A stretch of DNA of 64,000 nt from Strigamia acuminata (GCA_949358305.1 OX442314.1:19902001-19966000), one strand, 5' to 3'; counted from the first letter of the stretch, positions 26,885 through 41,629 are shown. Notes: a model not told the origin generated them from the sequence alone. A program made the numbers and translations.

Positions 26885-27206
26885 TAAAAGCCGGATGTTT
26901 ATGCAAAATAAAATTCGTTTTATGCGCATACAATACGCATCAAAAATTCCAATTTACGCAGTAAAAAAAATATAAAAATAAGCAAATTAAAAGAATTTAT
27001 TCAAGTGAAATCAAATGCTACAAAGTTATAAACTCACAATGAATACCCATATGTCACACAATGGTACCATGAATACCCACATAGTACACAAGTGGTACGC
27101 ACACGATGTGCACGTAAAATAAATGCAAAAATCGCATTTTTTACTACTTTATGCATTTATAAACAATTATGGCTATTTATGCAAAATAATATTTATCCGG
27201 CCACTG
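26885..27206. mobile_element. Degenerate hAT-like MITE
   Basis: Right end TATCCGGCCACTG; left remnant GCCGGATG. Repeated TTTATGCAAAATAA subterminal motifs. Confidence 0.4.
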
Positions 27207-29938
27207 GTTCGAACCAACATTTCTGTCCCAACAAACGCGAAATGAAAATAAATCTCGTATACATTTGTTGACAGGTCTCTACTCCATTTTGCTTTTAAAA
27301 AATTAAATTAAATAAACAAAAAAAATCTCTTTAAACCATCGGCACAGATTCATGCAAAGTGTGTTTATCTTTCGCCTCATCGCACACACGTCTCGACTCA
27401 TACGTCGCCTCTTCCCATTCACCCTTAGTCTTAAAAAAGCCGCAACTTTAGAAGATATTTTCAAAACCAAACAGACGATATCTAAACCTAAAATCAGAGC
27501 CATCTCCATTTTACAAACTTCATTTGTTGACAAAAATTCTTACAAACGATATACTCCATCCACTACATCTAAATGCCGTCATTTCGGCTGCTACTAAAAA
27601 GATCATGCAAAATTTATGTGTATTTTTTCTTAGAAATTTAATACCAAATTGCTCCGATTTGCAGCCACAGAGAGAAAAATCCTTTCCCTGCTGCTTTTAA
27701 GGCCGTGCCAGTTTAGTTATGCAATTCCTCTCTGTGTTTGAGAAACGAATAAGCCATACCCAGTAAAAAAAATATGATTTTGGCTTTTTACGTTAAAATC
27801 AGGAGGAACATTCAAATGAAATTGATCTTTTTCGTTTATTTGCAAAAAAAATTTTTTTTTAAAAAAAAAAAAATCCATTTCGATTATTGTTACTGATAAA
27901 TAAATAATCAAAAGGGCGTATTGGGTTGAATTTTTTCCCGACCCTATTTAAGCACGCAAATTCCCACCAACTTCCGGTTTTTCTTGAATTCCAAAATAAG
28001 CATCATATCAACCCTGGGACTAGTTTCATTAGCTTGATCGGTCGTGGGTTCCAGTGAGTCCTTGATGGACCTCATGACGTTGAGGTCATTCCCATTTAAT
28101 GAATTTTTCAACGTTCAATCCATGATAAAAATTTCAAACATATGACATGTCCTGGGAATTGGTTCAAAAGTCAAATATCCTTGTTGACCGAGCAAAAATA
28201 CCGATTGCAAATTCGTCAATCATGAACTAACATAAACTTAATCTTCTTTCTTCTTGGCTGTTTAGCCTCAATTTTTTTCCTCTGCTTTTTAACCATATCT
28301 TCTCCTGCTAAATCCCAAATCCCATTATAGATCTTTCCTGTCTCTTTCTTCCGACATCATAAGAGACAGTCCTTTCATGGCAATGATTTCTTTGTTCATT
28401 TTGTCGGCTCAGGGCTCAATCCACTTCGCCAAGGGATGGCAAGAAAATTTGTCTTAATAAACGACAAAATTTTTTCTTCCCCAATCTAATATTTTACTTT
28501 ATAATGCATTTTTTTCTCCCTCCGAGGAACAGATAAATTATGTATTGCGAATGTTTATGTGCACATCACTCAACAACTTTTTAGTAAATGATAATTAGTT
28601 TAGCATTTTCAGACTTTCAATGGCTAATCAATACAACTAATTCTCGTAAGCCATTGCTGCGCAACTTATAATGTCAGACATAAAAAGTTGTGTACCATTT
28701 TGTTGATTATCAGGTAAAAGGCACCAAGACACATGTGCAGGTAATAGAGGCAAAAGTGGGCGGATTTTGGCTGCGGCTAAAAGTCAGACTGCAGATAGAA
28801 GCAATGCAATCTCCACTCATTTAATCTGGCTAATGGATGGTAGTTTTGTGTTCTCGGTAGCTCTGCAATGTTCTCTCTGTCCGCCTTTAACACACATTGT
28901 ATTGCAACATGAGCAGAATGGATAATTGAACCCGCAACACCGAACTCTCACGTGTACAGGTATTCCCAGCACAGAGTGTACACACAATCGAGTATTGACT
29001 TCAATTCATCATTGCAAATTCAACCACGCTACTATTTTTATTAGCAGCTTAACTTCAATTTTAATTTATTTCTTTATTTTAAATTAAATTCATTTTTTGT
29101 TTATTTTTGAAAAAATACAAACGTTATTAGCTTCTTTTTTATATTTCGTCCATATGTGTCTAAAGTTTAGCACATTGTTTTAGAACCTCATTTCGTCAAT
29201 GCCACGCCCCTAATGAGTTTTGGTCCCACGTTTGATGGATTTTTTTTTTACAGCAGTGGAGAAAAGAAATGAAAGTCATCATCAAAATATCAATAAGTCA
29301 GACAAATGTGTAGTAAATATTCCCCACAAACCAAAGCCAAATATCAATTTTTACATTTTATGTATTACGTTTTTATTTTAAAAAAATAAAAATAAATATT
29401 AGACGGTCCAATACACCAGATTACACTGTTTTGGAATAAAATTTATAAATATAACTTAAATTGTTTTCTTTTGTTCAAACTAGTCTACGTGTGCGTAGTG
29501 CCAAATGGAAAAATAAAGAGCACCGTAATATATATTTATTTCCATGTCCAATATATTATCTGCTATTAAAGCAGACTACTAAGCTTATAAGTATAGATGT
29601 TTTCTGCCCTATAATTATGTGTAATGATACAAAGAAATGAAAGGACACAGGCGCATTCAAAATACATGTTTAACTGAGTTTTGTTGTTTAAATGTCGTGC
29701 TCATGCCCACTGCGCCTAAAAACACTAAATCGGACGCCATTTTTAAAATTAAATCAAGACATACAGCTTAAAAAGCAGTTTAAATGTCGTTTACAATTCT
29801 GTTCAGCCTAGTATCCTTTATAACACAAATCATTAAACTTTATAATAAATGTATCGATTAATCTAGCTCAAGATAGACGTGTGTACGGTATATATAACAC
29901 AAAATTACTGATATTATATTTATCCAAATGCTCTAGGG

Positions 29939-30196
29939 CAGCGGTCGGCAACTGGCGGCCCGCGGTCCGGATCCGGCCCGCGGAAGGTCGAAACTTGGAT
30001 CGCCAGATATTTTTTATTATATATTTTTTTGGTATTTTTGTTGTTTTTTGGTGTTTTTTTGATTTTTTTTGTTTTTTTTTGGTGTTTTTGGTGTTTTTTG
30101 TGTTCTTTTTGTTTTATTTTGTTGTCTTTTTCTAGACCTCAAAAATTTTTTTTTACTAGTATCCGGACCCCACTCAAAATTACTTGCCGACCCCTG
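29939..30196. mobile_element. hAT Charlie-like MITE
   Basis: Perfect 8-bp TSD CTCTAGGG (29931-38 and 30197-204). TIRs CAGCGGTCGGCAA and TTGCCGACCCCTG. Subterminal CGGCCCGCGG motifs. Confidence 0.9.
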
Positions 30197-31964
30197 CTCT
30201 AGGGTTTGTTTACTTCAGTAGCTGCATTCAAACATTACAGCAAATTTTTTTAAAATTATTTCTTCAATTTTTGTTTTCGCTGTAAAGATGATAGAAAAAT
30301 CATTATTTAGGTTTGAAAATCTAATACACCACGAGTTATTACCATATAAACATTCCGACCAATTAAAAATTTACTTCTTGTCAGGATATAAGGCAGTTTA
30401 ATTAGGAGGAAAAGCTCTACCGGTATTTTAAATGTCGGAATCCCCGTTATCAAAATTGCTGACGTAATATCTTGAATCGTCATCCATCAGCTGGTGAACA
30501 TGCTCAGCCAACCATTTCTAGTGCTGTGTACAGTGCGCATGCCAAGTCAGCAAGAGGCGAGATGGTTCTCTGCAAGATACGATCTTCCCTCGACACAAAT
30601 CTGTCAGAGAAGGCCATCCAACCGCATTGCTAACCTTTCCACTCGCCTAACTTTTGTATCCATACCTCATCCTGTATTCCGGAGGGCTTTGCCAATGTGC
30701 ATAATGATTCGGAAAGTACAACTTCGTTTTAAAAATTGAGTACTCAGAAATAAATAGACAAATAAAATAAAATACATTTAAAAAAAAAAAAATTCCTAGG
30801 ATTATTACCTAGATTGCAAACAAATTTAAAGATAAAACCAACATGCAATTGCATCTACGTGCAGGCAGATCCAATCTAACCGCTTTTCCAGCCCGCATTT
30901 GCCCCCATTTTGTGACTTTCTAAATGAAAATTACACCAACATCACTGAGCAGCATATATTTTTAATAATACATTTTAAAACCATAAAAGAGATTTAATAT
31001 TTTTGCCTTCAAAAACCACATAAGCAAACTTTCCAGTATGATAACTTTGAAAACTAGCCTTAACTTGGCTTATTGCCTTTAGTGTTACGGCGCTAAAACT
31101 TTTGTGGGCAATAAGTTTTCGACATTTGAGCTGCTCCCTCATGGATACTTGGCAAGTGTCCACCTTTTTTTTCCGCAAGAATATTTCTCCCTGATGATGA
31201 TACCCGCTGAGTATCCACAAACTTTTACAATGAGAAGCCGACACATGGCAAAATAGACTAACCACCAACTGAGTTACAGGATAAAATGATCGAAGACAGT
31301 CGCTTACTTTATCAAACCAAGTGAATCGGTTGTTGACATTCTGTAGCTGTCTGGATAGGAAGGCACGTTTTCATGGACTATCGACCATTGATCTTACACG
31401 CAGAAACTGTAGACAAATAAAAACACCTAAAAAGAACAGCGCAATATGGAAAAAAAAATTTTTTTTAAATAAATAAATAAATAAATATAAACTAAACATG
31501 CGCCAACACGCATCTTGACCACCACACGCGTACACCAAGCCAAAACAAACATTTGAAATCACTATTTGTGTTATGGTACCTAATGTTTGAATGAAGAAAA
31601 TTTTTTTTCTTTCAACTTTTTTACAATTTATTTATTTTGCTTAAACTAATAAATTCGCATAAGAAGGGTTCGCGTGATTACCATCAAAGCGGATGTCCGA
31701 GTTCTATACCGGTTATCAAAACACCTGCTTTAAAAGTAACCCGCATCATCAATTTATACATACATATACCGGTAAATGCTGTATGAACTGTATATGGAAT
31801 TATAATTTTTTTCCCGTTTAAATATCGACTTACAAAAAATTATACGTTTCATACAAATTTTGAAATAGGGACGAACATGTAAAATTATTTTTTTTCCTTC
31901 TTCAATACTATTTGTTTTACCAAGAAATGATTGAAATTCACTTTTTAGGACTAAACATAAGATA

Positions 31965-32203
31965 CCGTAAATGCTCTAATAGAACGCGGAGCGCCCATTC
32001 AACAAGGTATTTATTACAATGTGGGTTTAAATGGAGCAAAACGACTTCTATATGTAAATTAACCAAAATCACTAAATCCAATATCGAAATTGAACAAAAC
32101 GACTAAAATGAATGTCTAAATTGACCAATAAGACTAAAAAAAATTGCAGGGAAAACCTAAGTTTTCTCAATAGAACACCAGCGTTCTATTAAAGGATTTA
32201 CGT
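31965..32203. mobile_element. CCGTA-terminus Tc1/mariner-pogo-type MITE
   Basis: TA followed by CCGTAAATGCTCTAATAGAACGC pairs with GCGTTCTATTAAAGGATTTACGT. Confidence 0.6.
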
Positions 32204-33638
32204 TCTGCATATCTTTTGTTTAATTTGACCGCCTTAAGTGCTTGAAATAATGTTAAAAAGCATATAAATTAAAATGCATAATTAGGTTTCGAAGTGGCAA
32301 GATTATAGACCAGATTCTGATCAGTGATCACCCCTTGGACAAGTTGCGCTGTTATCATCAAGTAATTCACAGGTCATGATCTGGCGGGTTGCTTGATAGC
32401 CAGTAATATATTGAACTAATTTCTGCTCGGTTTTACGTCGTACACTCAATTTATTGCGAGATTCTGGAAATCTGTCCTATATTCAATGTAGCATTTGCCC
32501 ACTGTTGCGAACACCGAGAAATTTCAGTCAATTAATTGTCTGAAATACCAATTTCCTCACTCTGCTTAAAGAGGCAAATGTTTTTTACGTCATCGATCGA
32601 AAATACAGTCTTAAGTTCTAAAAAAAAAAAAAAAATTATTTGCATTTAAATTTTTCCACTGTTTAATTGATTCTGCCCTTAGCTCAAACAAAACCTATCA
32701 AACAGAATTAGAATTAAGGAACAGTCAAGTTGAGGCCCTTGGGAATCAGTCGGCATTAAAGCTGCCAGCAGTGATGCTGCATTTTCCCTTTCTCTTTCCG
32801 AACAAACAATGCAACAAAATCACATACATACTCAACTATATTACAATTGCTTAGAAAAGCACTAGAAAAGTCATTTTAATTAAAATGAACTCAAAGTTGA
32901 AAAACCCAATCCGAAAAGACTAATCAACTTTCTGGTAAATTTCAAGTAATCCAAATGATAAGCTTTTACAAGACAAGCCTAAAGGCTGAAGAAAAATGGA
33001 TCTATCAGATGCTGAATTCTTGATTTGATTGATCACTTTTAAGCTGTGTATTAGAAACGACGAGCTATCATTCATCCAAGCCATTGGCTACGGTCAAGTT
33101 TATATATAAACGATGAAAATGACAAAAAAGTCAATGGATAAAGCTGTCATTAAACCAATCGACCAAAAAGTATATATTTATATACATATCGTATAAGATA
33201 CTGTATATAAAAAGAAAGAAAAGAAAATGACAAAAGTCTTTTATAGCTTTGGGTCATTTGAGAAACAGTCATCTGTGAAGACGAATGAAATCATTACTGC
33301 GCACATTGTTATCTTTGAAAGTGTGATTGTGCTCTTAATCATTCAATTACGTTATCAGAATTCATTTACAAAACAACTATGATTGATTGCTAAAGCATGC
33401 GTCATTCCCATCAGCCTAATCATTGCACGATTTTTGGATGGCTTTATTTCGTCAGTGATAAATGCCTAATCAATGTAAACAATGTGCAAACCCATTAATT
33501 ACCATCATTTATCATAATTAAATCACACGGTCGCTCAATCAAGACTATCACTGGTGTTTTGTGCCAACTTTTTTTCTACTTTTAGTAGAATATATAACAA
33601 ATCATCCTGTTCATCTTAAAACTGTTTTTAAGTATATA

Positions 33639-34070
33639 CTATACTCGAGTTGCAGTCAAAAAGGCACTTTACAAGGTGTAGTCCCATTGGTCGAGCCAGT
33701 TTACTGGTGTAGTGATCCGGAAAAATAGACCCAAACACCAGAATTGCAGTACAATGTACAGACATTGCAATCGATTGCTTAGGCAACGGCCTAAAATTCA
33801 AACTTCCAGACCAATAAACACAACAAATATGAGTTTGTCATTTTTTAATCTGTAAAACTTCATTTTAATGATGGAAATAACATTTGTTATTAAATAAAAT
33901 CAAAATAACATTAACTAAACTAGTCATAACAATCACAACAATAAATAAAAATCAAAACTACTTCTCCTAGTAGTAGTATACAGTCTGAAGTTAGTAGTAA
34001 ACTGGCTCGACCAATGGGAGTACCCCTTGTAAAGTGCCTTTTTGACTGCAACTCGATTACTCGAGTATAG
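33639..34070. mobile_element. Unclassified TIR element with ~65-bp TIRs and TA flanks
   Basis: CTATACTCGAGTTGCAGTCAAAAAGGCACTTTACAAGG...CCCATTGGTCGAGCCAGTTTACT is matched by an inverted copy ending TCGAGTATAG. The right TIR carries an 8-bp internal duplication. Confidence 0.82.
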
Positions 34071-34440
34071 TAAACTCTAAATCATTCATTTGTTAATTAA
34101 TAGCAAAATTATAGCAAAATTTACAATTTGTTGTAATGTGCAGTTTCACTCTGTATGTGAAAAACTTGGCTTTGATATCCTCACACAAGTTTTACCATTT
34201 TTTTTTCAAAAGATTACAGTTAATAAATTACAAAAAAATTTTTTTTTTTAAAGTAACCTTTCTAATGTTTTCATTTAAGAACTTATAAATTATTAAACTT
34301 TCCAGTCAAAAATTCCCAATATACTGGTGATGTAAAGGTTCTAGCACGTTTACTTGTACTTGCCAAGTAAAAAAGCAATTACAAAGTTAATGTCAAATAT
34401 AAATTATGTATTAAATCGAAATCTTTTATATTTCTATATA

Positions 34441-34586
34441 CCGTATTTTATCGATTTCAAAACTGCCATTTTTGTCAGCAATTACAATTTCAGTTTGCAA
34501 AAATACGGTATTCTTGGTGTCTCAGGCGCGGCTACTATTCGAGGGCGGCTACAATTCGAGTGCGACTCTTAATCGGTAAAATTCAG
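34441..34586 (-). mobile_element. Internally deleted copy of the CCGTA MITE at 52804-53020
   Basis: Shares TTTGCAAAAATACGGTATTCTTGGTGTCTCAG and TIR-like ends with the 52804 element, in opposite orientation. Confidence 0.7.
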
Positions 34587-35967
34587 TATATATAATAATA
34601 AAAAAAATAATAAAAAAAATAAAATTAAAGTATACATCTTTTATGGAAACTACATTGAATTATAATCGATCGGTTTTTCTAAGTTCTGGTCATAAACTGC
34701 AATATGGCTGTTCATTTAATGCTAAAATAAAATAAAAACTGAAATAAAGGTCAAAAAGCTACATGAGTTGATGACCACTGAATACTTCACTTTAAAGTGA
34801 CGCTCACAAACGACTCGAGGCTGAATTTTATTGAGCGATTCACAGTCAGATACCTTTTCCCAAGACACTTTTACCTTTTCTTGAAGAACAGATCATCTCA
34901 GGTGAACACACGCTAACCGTGTACTTGATGTTCTCTGAGCCTGTACGTCCTTGATTTGTAACAAAAAGAACATTCCTAAAGTTGAAACTTTTCCACGTAA
35001 AGAACGAAAAGCAATAAAAATGTAGAAAATCATTAATTCCATTAATCACCACTAAATTTCTTTTTTTCTCTCTTCATTCTTTTTATCATTCATTATTATT
35101 TATGAAATAATCTGAAGTAATATGTAATATTCTATTGATTTTTATATATCGCGTGATCAGTACGGTTCCCTTCAAATTTGTAATAACAAAGAATATATAG
35201 ATAAAAAGAAACGAGGCAAAATTACACATTCATCCCTGCAATTCGGTGACGTCGTCGCCTTTCCATGTGCGATAATGAGTATTGTCGCAAATGTGCTTAT
35301 GACTGTTGTTTGCTAAGCTTGCTACGACTGATCTCAAGCGTAAATTCTATGCAGAGGATATTGGAGGAGGGAAAAGCAAAGGGCAATCCTGGTAGTCACG
35401 CACATCACACGCACCTCCCTTAGGTCTCGGCAATTTGACTACTGGGCTTTTCCTTAATTAGATTCGATTAAAATGTCAATCATTTTTCTTTTCTCAAATA
35501 CACATCAAAGGCCAAACCTGAAATGGGCTTAACAAACCGCAAAATTGGAAAACTACACTTAATGGCAAAAAAAAAAAAAAAAAAGAACAGAAGAAACAAT
35601 AAAAAAAGAAATTGTTTTTCACGAAATAGCTAAAACCGATGTAAAAAGTACACGAGAACTAGCACATGCTTACTGTATGAATTATTTACAAACACGATTT
35701 GTGTCATAGGACTCTAGAAAGCCACAGCCACCCAACAACTACAGTGGCAGTTCTTTTTTAAATTAAATTTTCGTTCGCAACCAAAGTTGTGTGGCGGGGA
35801 GACATGTTGCCTACTACTCATTTCCCAACAATATTCTTGGATGACATGAATTATCAACTATTGGAAATGTGTAGGACAAAGGGTGATCGAGTTTCGGCCC
35901 ATCAATTACGTCCAAACTGCATAGTTGTGCGGACACGCCATATACGCACCACACAATGTACTCTAAG

Positions 35968-36230
35968 CGCATTCATGAAGTAATTTAGACTAAACAACAT
36001 TTTAAACAACGCATCAAACTTCAAAAATTGCAGTCGCTTTAGTCTGTTTTATGTTTTCAGTCGCAGTGGGCATGCGCACGACATCTAAACGACAAAACAT
36101 ATTTAACTGCACGTTAAAAATAGCTTTATTGTTCCAACAGACAGTCTTTAGGGTTGGTTGAAAAATAAAATGACAAATATCAAACGGAAGAAGCACATTG
36201 CACGTTGAGGCTGTTTACACCTCTCCCAGT
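35968..36230. mobile_element. Fragment of a dispersed repeat family (Harbinger-like GGCGCATTCA ends); a related copy lies at ~48387-48600
   Basis: Blocks TTTAAACAAC, AACTTCAAAAATTGCAG and AGTCGCA..GGCATGCGCA.GACAT are shared between the two sites. Boundaries are approximate. Confidence 0.5.
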
Positions 36231-38640
36231 CAGTCAGTATTCAGCATGGGCTAATAACTAACAATTAAGAGGAAAATTATTGAAAGCTGCCGTGTTTGTT
36301 TTTGTAAAAGCGTGTAAACAGTAAATAATGCAGCTGTGGGAGTAAAGTTTGGTAAAATAGGGAGATAAAAATGTCTCCACTAATTGCACTTTATTAGCAT
36401 AAAGTGAAAATTTATATCAAATTACACATAACCTTAAATAAATTGATTACCTTGAACTTAAACACGTTCAAGTGCTTATCTCATTTCCATTTCACACTCT
36501 GAATTCTCTAAAGGGAAAGCAAACAAAGCTTTTATACAACTGCACACCACTATTAATGCCAGTGTTCTTATCTAATAAAAGAAAAGACAAATTAAACACA
36601 AATCATTCTGCATTTACCTCACACATTTTAGCATAAAATAGTTGTAAAATTATTTCTTTAGCAAACAATGTTTTTCCTTTACCCTGCTAATTATGATATT
36701 TAGAATTTCATAAAGGGTGTGGCACAAACCGTTCTACCATATTTCTCTCCTAAATGTGCTTTGGAAGAAAAATTCTGCTTAAATTTAATTAAATTTGCTT
36801 AAAATTAATTAAGTTTGCTTGAATTTAATTACGTAAATAATTGACTCCAACCCGTTTTTCAAATAATTGCAAGATAATTAAACCCGGATTTAATTAAGGC
36901 TTTTCAATAGCTACATTTGAAAATTAAAACCAGCTTGGGTTTAACCTTGTTTGTCAATTCACTGGCTCTCGTTTTTTATTTATTTATCACTCGCAGTCAG
37001 AATGTAATTCAAAACACACGTCTTCTACAACTTCCTAACTGAATGCTTTTTTTTAATCACCAAAAAGTTAGAAATGGTTGAACATAAACACAAAGTCAAA
37101 GGCCATTTTTAGTGGCACCATTAAAATGGCCGCCGAGCTATTCATTTCGACTATTATCTTTAATCGTTTGGAAGATATTCTGCTGAAACACAAGTACGTG
37201 CATAATTTTAAAAATAGAAATTAATTCTAATAATTACAATTAAAGCATTACAAAAATACACCGAACGAGATGAGAGAAATGTGCTAAAAGTCAATAAAAA
37301 TTCGTCAACAAATCCTTTCAACTTTTAAAAAAGCATAAAAAATTAATGCCATGCCCAATTATTAGAACCCATAATTAAGCTACCACGACCTTTTTTATTA
37401 AAATTACCAATCAAATGTGTTTAAAATAGCTCACACTCTTTAATTATCATTTCAATTGTCAAAACTGCCAATTCCACGTTTCCTGAACTCGCACGCACGG
37501 GTCATGCGAGGTTTTAACACTTTAACCAACCTTCCCTCTCTCAAGCAAAATAGAAGAAAAAAATGTTCCGTTTTAAGCCCCTTTCCTATCCTCAGCTCCA
37601 ATTCTTACTCCAACTCTAAAAGGAGCTTTATTACCCATTAATGATACAATGTCGCGGTCGGGTGAATTCCCTGCGCGAAGAATTGAATACGATTAAGTCA
37701 CCATTATTTCGTAAGATAAATTTTAAACCACTTCTTCTCATTTAAATGCATCAAGTGCCAGTTTATACCGACGGAAAAATATTATTTCCAAATGATTTAT
37801 TGATTTACTCGATGATGGAAATGAGGCATGAATACGGTTCATTTAATTCCTAAGTTGAGCTCTTTTTGTACATTTTTCCATCGTTTAGTCAATGAACCAG
37901 GACATGCAACCATCATAGTGCAATCAGAATTTAATTGGAATAAATCAATTGGAAATGGATGCGGTTGTCTTGTATTTGTGTATCGAATTGACATCAAACG
38001 TAGGCAGTAAATGACAATTTTCTCATTTTCTTATCCACAAATACTCGTGTAGTTTGTAATAAAATTTGTAAGCTCACATTTTGCTGCTTTTCCTATATCG
38101 AAAATCGTTACGATCATTAGACATTCCTCGTTGTTTTGTAAATTACTGCGTGCAGGCTTTAGAAATATGCATTATGTCTGTTTAATAATTTACAAACATC
38201 TATTTATTCGCCATTTGTGACAGAGATATGCAAAATTATTGCAAAGGGATGAAATAGAATGAGTAAGAGTCACCGGGTTCGCAGAGGGGAGTCAGGTCGT
38301 CGACGCAGGTGTTGATGGGATTGCCGCCTCACGTTTCTTCTCATATCGGCATCGCCACTTCAAATCGCTTTAGCCAGCATGACTGAACGTGTGTCCGCCT
38401 ATTAAAACCGTGCGTCATTTGGCGATACCACAACTTTGGTAATAGCTTTGCACGTATACTGCTGATGCGTTCGTACAATATGTTATATTAGATAACGTTA
38501 ATAAACTCAAAGGGATTAGTTTGTCGAATAAATGTACAAATTATACTGTCTATTTAAAGCCATTTTTAAATAGGGTGGCCAGGCGTACTGTATTTTACAA
38601 GCCTTACAAGCTTTATTAATTTTTGTCCTGCATTATACTG

Positions 38641-38938
38641 CAATTTTTAGTAAAAACCACCAATTTTTAGTAAAAACCATCAATTTTTAGTAAAAACCAC
38701 CAATTTTTAGTAAGAAACCACCAATTTTTAGTAAAAACCACCAATTTTTAGTAAAAACCACCAATTTTTAGTAAAAACCACCAATTTTTAGTAAAAACCA
38801 CCAATTTTTAGTAAAAACCACCAATTTTTAGTAAAAACCACCAATTTTTAGTAAAAACCACCAATTTTTAGTAAAAACCACCAATTTTTAGTAAAAACCA
38901 CCAATTTTTTAGTAAAAACCACCAATTTTTAGTAAAAA
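38641..38938. repeat. 20-bp minisatellite (CAATTTTTAGTAAAAACCAC), ~15 copies, just inside an hAT-like end TAGGGTGGCCAG at 38571
   Basis: Directly visible tandem array with a few 1-bp variants. Confidence 0.95.
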
Positions 38939-40502
38939 ATAGAGTATCACTGGTAATTATCATTTTTTTAAAGAATAGATATGTTCTTGGTCAATACATA
39001 GAAAACCAACTTTATATTTGTTTGTATTATTATCAGAAAAAAATAACTCAGTTTAATTGCTTCCAAAATGTTGTTGGGTCTGCTTAAAATGAGGGAAAAG
39101 GAAGAACTGCAGCCTTCAGTTTAATGGTGCTGCAACAATATATGAGGTCGTGGACACTAAGATCTGTCTCTAATTGGTATTTCATCTCCACAAAGCTGTC
39201 GTGCAATAGATTCTTTCAATTTGTGCCTTCAAAAATAAATTCTTTATCTTTTGTGCCGTATGTGTCTTTTGGCAGTTGTGCGTCATTTATTTACGTCCAT
39301 TACTTTTAAAAGTGCTCACCTAAAAGATTCCTACACATAAGACACCAAGTTGAGTCTCTTATTGCTTATAGATTTCAAATATCCGTCAAACAAAAAATAA
39401 AATGGCTTCCTACTTTGACTATCTTTATAAGAAGCAGAATTTACAAAGCTTCGAATTACAGATTTCTTGATTAAATTGGAATGAATGAAAAACTTATTTG
39501 GATTCCTCCTTTTCATTTTTTTTAATAACAAAAGATACAATCTTCTCATTACGAGGCCTAATCCCAAATTGTCATTGTCATTAAAACAAGACAAATTTCT
39601 GATAGGTGAAATTTCCAAAAAAAAAACAAAAAAAAAAACGGGAGCAGCAGATTTCTCCAGATTAGTAAAAAAAAATAAAGAAAAAAAATTATATATATAT
39701 ATATATAAAAAAAAAAAAATCTTCTTTTGTCTTTGCTATCGTGTCTTCTAATGAGGCCTGGTTCTTTCCATGTAATCCGTCCAACTCTTCTTATCAACCA
39801 AGAGAGATTTGTATCATTTATATTCCTTGGCAGATTTTTTTTTAGTAGCTATTTTTTTTTCTTTTTTATTTCCTTTTACTTTGTGGCCAATCTCGTACAC
39901 CACGTTACATCTCACATTGTCAATTTCATTTTCTTTTCCTCCGAAAATGTCTTTCAGAAATTTTAAATCGTATTTAAAAATTTTGATCGCATATAATGCA
40001 GGCCGGTATTGATTAAACCTTTGAATACCGAAATTGCACCGAAGGAAATTGAAAATTTCATTAAACAAAGCTATGGGAACTAAAAGATTATACAAATATT
40101 TCTCCTTTCCATTTTCAACTCCCTAACCTCTTGTCAATTTTTACCTTTTATTCAACACAATAAGAATAAATAAATTAAACATTCTCTTATTATATTCATA
40201 GTTAATTAACTTGTCACCTCAAGGTTATCGCACAAATTCAGGCAATCAAGTAATACAATCATTTGGTACACTACGTGCAATGTGCACCTAAATGCAACAC
40301 TTCTTTAGCTAGATCCTGTTAATAATCTTGAGGATATTATTTAGCCAGCAACACGGAACACATGTTTCTACATTGGTGTCTTTATTCAGACTAAGAGTGA
40401 AAGGTTATACATAGGGGAGTCAAAGTATATGACACTAGGAGTTAAACTAAACAAAATTGGCGCCGCCCTCGCGGCACGACACGACAAGAATAATATATCA
40501 TA

Positions 40503-40682
40503 CAGCCAAACCTCGTTATAACGAACCGCGATATAACGAATTTCTTGTTATAACGAATACTTAAAAATGGCTTGGTTGGTTGACCATAGGACACCATTTT
40601 TAAAAAAAATTGATATAACCAACTTTTCGATACAACGAATCGATTTCTCGTGTTTGAGATTCGTTATAACGAGGCTCGACCG
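40503..40682. mobile_element. pogo/Tigger-like MITE of the same family as 7611-7779 (reverse orientation)
   Basis: TA flanks. TIRs CAGCCAAACCTCGTTATAACGAA and TTCGTTATAACGAGGCTCGACCG. The internal TTGGTTGG..GACCATAG.ACACCAT core is shared. Confidence 0.78.
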
Positions 40683-41629
40683 TACCAACACATTCAGTAA
40701 TCGAAAGGACATGAGAAACATGTTTAATGCGCGGTTCGTTTTAAATTTAACATACCGTAGTTTTTTCTATACTTTTTAGAGTGCTGTGCCCATGCAAGTT
40801 TCTGCAGAGGTAAATAAGTACTCACCCAAAAGTGTATTGAGCAGAAGAAATTTCAAAAACCAAATAATAAAGATGTACCAGGCTTACAACCAAACTAGGA
40901 GTTGCAGTAAACGTGAACTCACAAAAGCAACTGTAACAGTTTTTTTTCCATATTTTGTTTGTGCAGGACCGTATTCTACGTCACGGACCAGGCTTATTTA
41001 AATTTTAAACATGTGGTTCATTCAAAGTTTATGCTAATACAGTAAATTCATGTTTCTACAAACAGCAAAAATAGAATACTTGGAATATGTTTGTGAGATG
41101 ATTTCGTTTATGAGTTTGTTTACTTGTTACTTTGGGGGTTTTACAAGTAGTTGACAATTATAGTTTATTCTTCCTCTTCCCATAAATAAATTGTGGCGCT
41201 CTTTTATGAACCCAAACTATGCTTTGATGATGATGATGATGATAATGGACATGTTTCAGCTAAGAATTTTATCGATTGCAAAGTCAACCCCGATCTAACT
41301 TGCATGACAGCCATTTTGAATTGGTTGAAAAAAACCAATCAACCGTACTGTGGCTTCTGTTTTTCCAGTTTTGCTGATGGCTACGGCATATTTATTCTTT
41401 GCATCTCTGCAACAATAATCATTTCAAACATGCATTCAACATTTAGATGCCTTTTCATCCTTACTCTTTTATGTACATTGAATGCATCTAGTTCAAATCG
41501 AGAAATAGATTTAAAAAGCTATACAGCATATGTGTTTTTGTCCAAACTCATCGAATCCCTCAGTACAGCGCCAACCAACACCCACTTCCTGTTTTGAGCT
41601 CTGCGTGACCTATAAGCATTTGCAGAGAT

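Noticed and set aside
38641..38938. Repeat arrays (here and at 19354) as CRISPR
   Set aside because: Units are directly tandem with no unique spacers, there are no cas genes, and the context is eukaryotic.
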